Both the position numbers and the translations under genes were made by a program. From Candidatus Bathyarchaeia archaeon (lineage in GTDB: Archaea > Thermoproteota > Bathyarchaeia > TCS64), in contig JBEKDF010000004.1 of the NCBI GenBank assembly GCA_050014495.1, positions 1 to 64,000 of the forward strand: 64,000 bases of DNA, given 5' to 3'. Each line of letters begins with the position of its first letter. The first letter of the stretch is position 1. The notes beneath the pieces are model-generated. The model saw only the letters and a list, made by a program, of their open reading frames with translations, was not told the origin of the DNA and made no database searches. Positions 58,970 through 64,000 of the stretch are shown here, piece by piece.

Positions 58970-60073
58970 CTAGACATTGTTGATGATGTGCGAGAAAGCT
59001 GCTAGAATAATTGAGGTCATTATTAAGAATAATCCGGAGATGACCCCTATTATCAAAACGAATGCAGCTGGGAGGCTTAGTGTTTGGAGATTCAGGTATG
59101 TGGTGAGTAGGTAAGCTCCGGCGGAGATTCCGATAGCCAATGCGAATAGACCGGGGAGCCCGAAGAAGAGGTAAGATTTATTCGACATGGTTATTATGAA
59201 GCTTTGAGATGTTCCCTGGTCCTTCGGCTTTTCCTGGGTTTTTGATTGTTGAGTGACTCCTGTTTGGGATATGGGTGCCTCTTCCGTTTGTGTCTCGTAA
59301 TCGTTTGTATTGAATGGTTCTCTCTGTATCTCGATCGGGACCTCCCTTAGGATGAGTCCGTTACCGGAGGCTATTCCAAGGATCCTAGAGTGGCTCTCTA
59401 GGACTTCTGTGGGGGCTGAGAGGAAGGCTCTTAGGGATTTCTGGGAAAACGCCATGAAGATGCTCGGTAGATCATCTTCGTCGACTGTCTCGGATCGATT
59501 TGTTCCATTTGGTTGTTGGGTTCCAAAGACCACGTCTGCCTCTCTCGATTTGATTAGGGAGAGGATCTTCGGTATCTCTGAGGGTTGAAGGTTGGGGTCT
59601 ACATCCATTATCAGGATCATTGCTGGGTCCAGTTCGAGTGAGCGTTCAAGGAGGGTTCGGAGTGTCGCGAGGCGTCCGAGGCTGGTCTCGTGTCGGATCA
59701 CTGTGGCGCCTAGGCCTGCGGCTACTTGCCCCATGAGATCTTCGGAGCCGTCATCGCATACTAGAATTCGGTCAAAGTATTGCTTAGATTTGATGATAAG
59801 TGGTCCTATCTCCTTCTCTTCGTTGTAGGCTGGGATGCAGAGAAGGGTTGTGATTGGTTTAATCGGGGGTTGTGGGGAGTGTATCAGTTGAGGCATGTAT
59901 GTGGCCTCGTTTCTCGCTTCAACCATCTCAACACGTTGTGATGGGTTCGGAGGAGCCTCCGCTGAGGTTTTTGATTTTTTAGTTACTCGTTTTCTGTCTG
60001 GCTTTGAGATTGACTGCATCTTCTTTTTTACTACCTTCGTTTTAACGAAGTTTAATCCGCTATCTGTGTCCAT
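58970..60073 (-). CDS. GT2 glycosyltransferase-like protein with C-terminal TMs (divergent)
   Basis: CIPAYNEE, VCDDGS.D, VIRH, MDVD, EVPI, FFGLPG. Confidence 0.75.
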   Translation of the reverse strand: MDTDSGLNFVKTKVVKKKMQSISKPDRKRVTKKSKTSAEAPPNPSQRVEMVEARNEATYMPQLIHSPQPPIKPITTLLCIPAYNEEKEIGPLIIKSKQYFDRILVCDDGSEDLMGQVAAGLGATVIRHETSLGRLATLRTLLERSLELDPAMILIMDVDPNLQPSEIPKILSLIKSREADVVFGTQQPNGTNRSETVDEDDLPSIFMAFSQKSLRAFLSAPTEVLESHSRILGIASGNGLILREVPIEIQREPFNTNDYETQTEEAPISQTGVTQQSKTQEKPKDQGTSQSFIITMSNKSYLFFGLPGLFALAIGISAGAYLLTTYLNLQTLSLPAAFVLIIGVISGLFLIMTSIILAAFSHIINNV

Positions 60074-60205
60074 GTATTAAACCCCTTAGAATTTCTTTAC
60101 TGTTGGACCTGATTTTCCCCTAGTTCCATTTACTTGATTAGAATAAAATGCATTATGGATATGTAATAGCTAATACGGATTTCAAAATAATGAATTGTAT
60201 ATCAT

Positions 60206-60215
60206 GCGCGCGCGC
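60206..60215. repeat. (GC)5 tract
   Basis: ATGCGCGCGCGCACGTT. Confidence 0.9.
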
Positions 60216-60263
60216 ACGTTGATTATAATTACGTCACACAATCTTACTAGAGAAGTTGACCTT

Positions 60264-60509
60264 ATAAGTGCCACCGCAACTACCAAGAAAACCGACTATA
60301 TCGCTGTGCTAGTCGCTTACATGAGCTTCGTCGTGCTGGGGATACCAAGCGCGATGCGCGCGCGCATCGGTATAGGTGTCTTTCCCGGCATCGCAGGGGT
60401 TCTTGCCGACCGCAGTAGCTTGGAGGCAATACTCTTCGTATTATTTGCGCTGTCAATCATGATGATGATCTTATACGAGTTGACTATTCGAGCGCATTTG
60501 GGGGTGTAG
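60264..60509 (+). pseudogene. MFS transporter remnant (first and last helices fused)
   Basis: AYMSFVVLGIPSAM joined via (GC)5 to IGIG.FP.IAGVLADR.SLEAI; ATA where a start is expected. Confidence 0.6.
60352..60369. repeat. 18-bp perfect palindrome centred on (GC)5
   Basis: CGATGCGCGCGCGCATCG. Confidence 0.95.
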
Positions 60510-60644
60510 CGGTCATTGAAGGATCGCGTTGATGAGTTTTAGGATGCGTATACGTGCGCGTAAACTATTACCTCACGTTTACAGGACCCTATATGATAAC
60601 TCCGAGTTTTTTATATATACCGAGGTTTTCTCCAGTCTGTGATA

Positions 60645-60683
60645 CGCGCGCGCATTTTATCTATTTGTAGGTGAGGCGCGCGC
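60645..60683. repeat. two (GC)n tracts (9 and 8 bp)
   Basis: ATACGCGCGCGCAT and GAGGCGCGCGCTC. Confidence 0.9.
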
Positions 60684-60688
60684 TCTGC

Positions 60689-61811
60689 TTATGTAGCATA
60701 TGATAAGTTGAAGGCATTTGTGAGGCTTACTTTCGGTGTGATGCCATCACTTTTTACGAGGTCCCATGTCCACGACATTGTCCCCTTCCAGCCCCAGAAG
60801 TAGGCGGCGTTTACGCCCATGCTGTTGAGTTTAGCAATGTGGCCACTCATGTAGTTGGCGGTTACTACGGGTGTGGTCGCGTAGCCATTCCACTCAGTCA
60901 CATCGACCTTCTTCCCATTGGCGTGAGCCGTGTTGATGTAACTCTGGAGGTCATTCCACCCTGATCCCCAGACGGTGTAACTTGGGTTCCGGTGGTCTAG
61001 ATACTCATTCACGAAGGCGACATCGAGGGTGTCAATAGTCTGTGATGTTGTGAATTTTTTAAGCCCAGAGAGGTCGAATCTGACTCCTACCAATACATCT
61101 GGCTTAATAGACTTGACGAATGCTCTCGCATCAGTCCATAGCTGGACTGTCTGCGTCTTCTGTGTCGTCGTCATTGTGTATCTTGAGGGCTCATTCAGCA
61201 CGGAAACGGATTCGATGGGAAGGTCGGATATCTTCTGTATTGTATACCTGATCCAGTTGAGATACTGTGTCTTTCCTGATCCGTTGAGGATTAACCTAGT
61301 ATTTCCTCCCAGATTGGTGGGGGTGGCGAATCCGCTAGTGCTTGATGGGAAGAGTGTGTGGAAGTCAAGATGGGCCTTGAGTTCGGCTGTAGCGGCGGCT
61401 TGTAGGACGTGGCGGAGTTTGGTATATTCGCTGGCGATGTAGTTGTCATTTGATGATTCGTAGGTTCCCCAGTAGAGTACCACGCTCACTCGGTCCATTC
61501 CCGCTGACTTGAAGAGCTCGAAGTTGGCCGCGAAGCGGGTTGGTGAGTCTGACTCGTAGTCGGTCCGGTAGTTGACACCGAGGTCAATGCTTGAGTCTGT
61601 CGTTTTAATTGGGGTGATCGAGCTCTGCGTGTACACCGCCTTTAGAGTGTGAGATGAGCCCATTGTTATATAAATTGGGTTCAAGCTCACTGCGTTGTCC
61701 CCATCCTTGATCCAGTGGTCGAAATGGTACCTAGTAGAGAGTGTTGCTGTGACTTTTACGCTAGGTCCGCTTTGGTAAGTTCTTACGCCTGTTCCTGGGC
61801 TGGTTGAGCCA
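60689..61811 (-). pseudogene. 5'-truncated glycoside hydrolase (clan GH-A) with InlB-B-repeat-like domain
   Basis: VLNEP, VTEW, YFWGW; frame extends upstream of GTG 61690 through GSTSPG...YHFDHW...NPI.ITM...HTLKAVY and ends at (GC)5 with no start codon. Confidence 0.7.
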
Positions 61812-61821
61812 GCGCGCGCGC
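61812..61821. repeat. (GC)5 tract
   Basis: GCGCGCGCGCACGTT, sharing 15 bp with the 60206 site. Confidence 0.9.
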
Positions 61822-62086
61822 ACGTTTAAAATAATAATAAAATATTAATATTAAAGGGACAAAATATGTTTAAATTTCATTTATTTGATAATTTCCCATT
61901 TTTCACGTTATTTTATTCGCGTGCGTTTGTAATAAGTGAGCGTGAGTGAATAACTGGGTCAGATTTTATAGTTATCCCCACCATCTCACGTTGGTCTTCC
62001 CAAGGCGTTCGGGCAAATGTATCCAGTGAGAATCTTTATCCAGCTGTGCTTGTGTGGTAAGTCGGGTAGTCTTCTATAAGCATTTT

Positions 62087-62830
62087 TTAGAACGTGATAT
62101 GGCAGGGGATATTCAGCTTCCCGAATTTCAATGAGAGCTCCTGTCCCATTTGATGGAAGTATTCATCACTGCGCTTATCCTCCAAGCCATATTTCCGATA
62201 CACCCAGTCAGCGTAGTGGTAATTCATTCGATCAACCAAAACGTAGTCCACCTTCCCGGCTAGGAGTTCCGGGAGAGTCTCTGCCCCCGGGAGGATTGGC
62301 GCGATCATGGCGTAGGTCTTCACTTCGGCTCTATGGAACTCGTCGAGGACCTTTATCCTTTCACCGATTGGGGGCGCGTTGGGCTCGAATAGCTTCCTAG
62401 TCTCATCCTCGGAGGTGGTCACCGTGAATCCGACCTCGAACTCCCTAGCCTCCTTGATGATGTCCATGTCACGTAAGACTAGTGGTGAACGCGTCTGAAT
62501 TACCACCGGCCAATTGTGTTGCTTAAGTATCTCGAGGCATCTCCGCGTTAGTTCGTATTTCTCTTCCAGCGGTTGGTATGGGTCGCAGACGCCGCTCACC
62601 CAGACTCTTCCACGCCTCTTCTTGCTGATCTCCACTCTTAGCAGGTCTGGGGCGTTTATCTTCACGTCGACGAATTCTCCCCAAGGCTCCCTGTGTCCGC
62701 TGAATCTCTTAATGAAGCGGGCGTAGCAGTAGGAGCACCCGTGTTGGCAACCCGTGTAGGGGTTGATGACGTAGGTGTAGACCTTTGAGACGTTGAGGAT
62801 TGATTTTGCCTGGACTTCCTTTACCATCAT
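62087..62830 (-). CDS. radical SAM protein (SplB/Rv2578c-like)
   Basis: INPYTGCQHGCSYCYA, DPYQPLE, FEP.APP..ER. Confidence 0.9.
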   Translation of the reverse strand: MMVKEVQAKSILNVSKVYTYVINPYTGCQHGCSYCYARFIKRFSGHREPWGEFVDVKINAPDLLRVEISKKRRGRVWVSGVCDPYQPLEEKYELTRRCLEILKQHNWPVVIQTRSPLVLRDMDIIKEAREFEVGFTVTTSEDETRKLFEPNAPPIGERIKVLDEFHRAEVKTYAMIAPILPGAETLPELLAGKVDYVLVDRMNYHYADWVYRKYGLEDKRSDEYFHQMGQELSLKFGKLNIPCHITF

Positions 62831-62841
62831 GTCTTATCGTC

Positions 62842-63867
62842 TCAGGTTGGTGGGCTCAAGCCCTCGATTGGTGCCGGGAACCAGCCCCCTAATTTAGTCT
62901 TTGCGTCGGCGAGTAACTCAGGAGTGTAGGTCCCAAACATGTTGTTCCCAGAGGAGATGTAGAGCATCTTCCCGAGGTCGAATCCCGCAACTTGGCAAAT
63001 TAAAGCGTCGAGCTGAGCCACGCTGCTGCTAACTCCGATGTCCCGTGTGAACGGGGTTGGTCCGTCTCCACGGGTTGCCTCGAATAATCTAATGAGGTTG
63101 AAGAGGGCCCCATATACCTTATCCATGTCGAGTATGCTGTTATCCAGCCTCTTATTCTTGTAGCCATGCCACCACGCTCTCACGGGGTCCGATGTTAAGC
63201 CAAATAGGTTCTTCATCGTGAGGCTCGGGTACTCCTTGCGTTTGCTCAGGCTGATGAGGGTGGAGTCGCGGTGCCTGAATAGTTTCTCGGGGACGAGGCC
63301 GTAGACTTTCTCGATTTTTGCGGGTGGGTATTTTGACTCTACGGCCTCCTTGACGATCTTCGGATCAGCGACATATCCCGCCCATGTCTCGTCGGTGGCG
63401 TTGACATACTCGATGCCGTTATCCTTGAAGAAGTCGAGGTAACCGTATTTCTTCAGGTAGAGGTTATTCTCCTTCATCAAGTGGCTCCAGTGGGGCCCGT
63501 TTATGAACCAGTCCCAGTCGGGGTTCTTTAACAGCCACCTCCAACCTCTGCCCTTAAGGAGCTGGTTCCAGTCCAGCTCCACGCCGTCTGCCATGAATCG
63601 TAGGCCGTTTGGATCCAGTATCCTCGGTCTCCAGAGGAGGTGTCCCTCGGTGACGATGATCTTGCCCTTGGCTGCCGCCGTGATGCATTGTAGAACATCG
63701 AGGTTCTTCGGGTAAATTTTTTCAACTGCTACCATGTCGACTTTGACGATGAGTGGGTCCGAACCTGGTATCTTATTCTTTAGTAGACTCGTCAGTTCTG
63801 CGGGCTTATATACCCTTGAGAACGTCGAATCTCCGATTTGGATGTAGAAGTCATCAAGGGTTAACAA
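62842..63867 (-). CDS. DUF362-like protein
   Basis: IIVTEG, LISLSK.K, SLTMKNLFGL, AQLDA. Confidence 0.6.
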   Translation of the reverse strand: MLTLDDFYIQIGDSTFSRVYKPAELTSLLKNKIPGSDPLIVKVDMVAVEKIYPKNLDVLQCITAAAKGKIIVTEGHLLWRPRILDPNGLRFMADGVELDWNQLLKGRGWRWLLKNPDWDWFINGPHWSHLMKENNLYLKKYGYLDFFKDNGIEYVNATDETWAGYVADPKIVKEAVESKYPPAKIEKVYGLVPEKLFRHRDSTLISLSKRKEYPSLTMKNLFGLTSDPVRAWWHGYKNKRLDNSILDMDKVYGALFNLIRLFEATRGDGPTPFTRDIGVSSSVAQLDALICQVAGFDLGKMLYISSGNNMFGTYTPELLADAKTKLGGWFPAPIEGLSPPT

Positions 63868-63937
63868 TTTGTTTCGTTTATAAAATGTTTTATGAAAAAG
63901 CCTTTGCTTGTATCAAAAGGGCGCGCCTCTGAGCTAA

Positions 63938-64000
63938 TTATGACTTCATCTCCTTACACATCTCCATGATCAATGGGATGAGTTCCCCTAGGTTTGCCCA
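63938..64000 (-). CDS. 3' end of a gene entering from beyond the window
   Basis: WANLGELIPLIMEMCKEMKS*. Confidence 0.45.
   Translation of the reverse strand, partial: WANLGELIPLIMEMCKEMKS

Noticed and set aside
1..64000. CRISPR arrays, transposases, integrases, rRNA/tRNA, reverse transcriptases
   Set aside because: No repeat-spacer periodicity or diagnostic motifs seen; any enzyme responsible for the GC scars is not evident in this window.

Overview
Gene-dense archaeal chromosomal segment. The gene content (aIF-2beta, NAC, MBF1, SmAP3, ArcTGT, L38e, Alba, Pth2, F420-dependent Mtd next to Fhs/FolD) best fits a TACK archaeon, probably Bathyarchaeia; this is an inference. About 65 intact CDSs cover translation and RNA processing, C1 metabolism, a 2-oxoacid:ferredoxin oxidoreductase operon, ABC transporters, amino-acid catabolism and lipid synthesis. 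Decayed gene fragments lie at 26.5-28 kb, 31.5-32.4 kb and in an accessory zone at 52-64 kb. I found no tRNA, rRNA, CRISPR array or transposase. The most striking unexplained signal is a dispersed family of alternating (GC)n tracts: nine of 8-10 bp, all outside intact genes, four of them exactly GCGCGCGCGC. These and shorter GCGCGC sites sit at the breakpoints of several truncated or internally deleted genes, which suggests a sequence-specific break/rejoin or insertion-scar process. Other notable items are a Nudix gene missed by the ORF track that appears to start at ACG, a small zinc-finger gene below the ORF cutoff, a structured GC-rich leader upstream of a beta-CASP nuclease, and a repeat-rich promoter on an ABC/DUF47 operon that lacks a binding protein. 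All calls are by eye; no searches were run.
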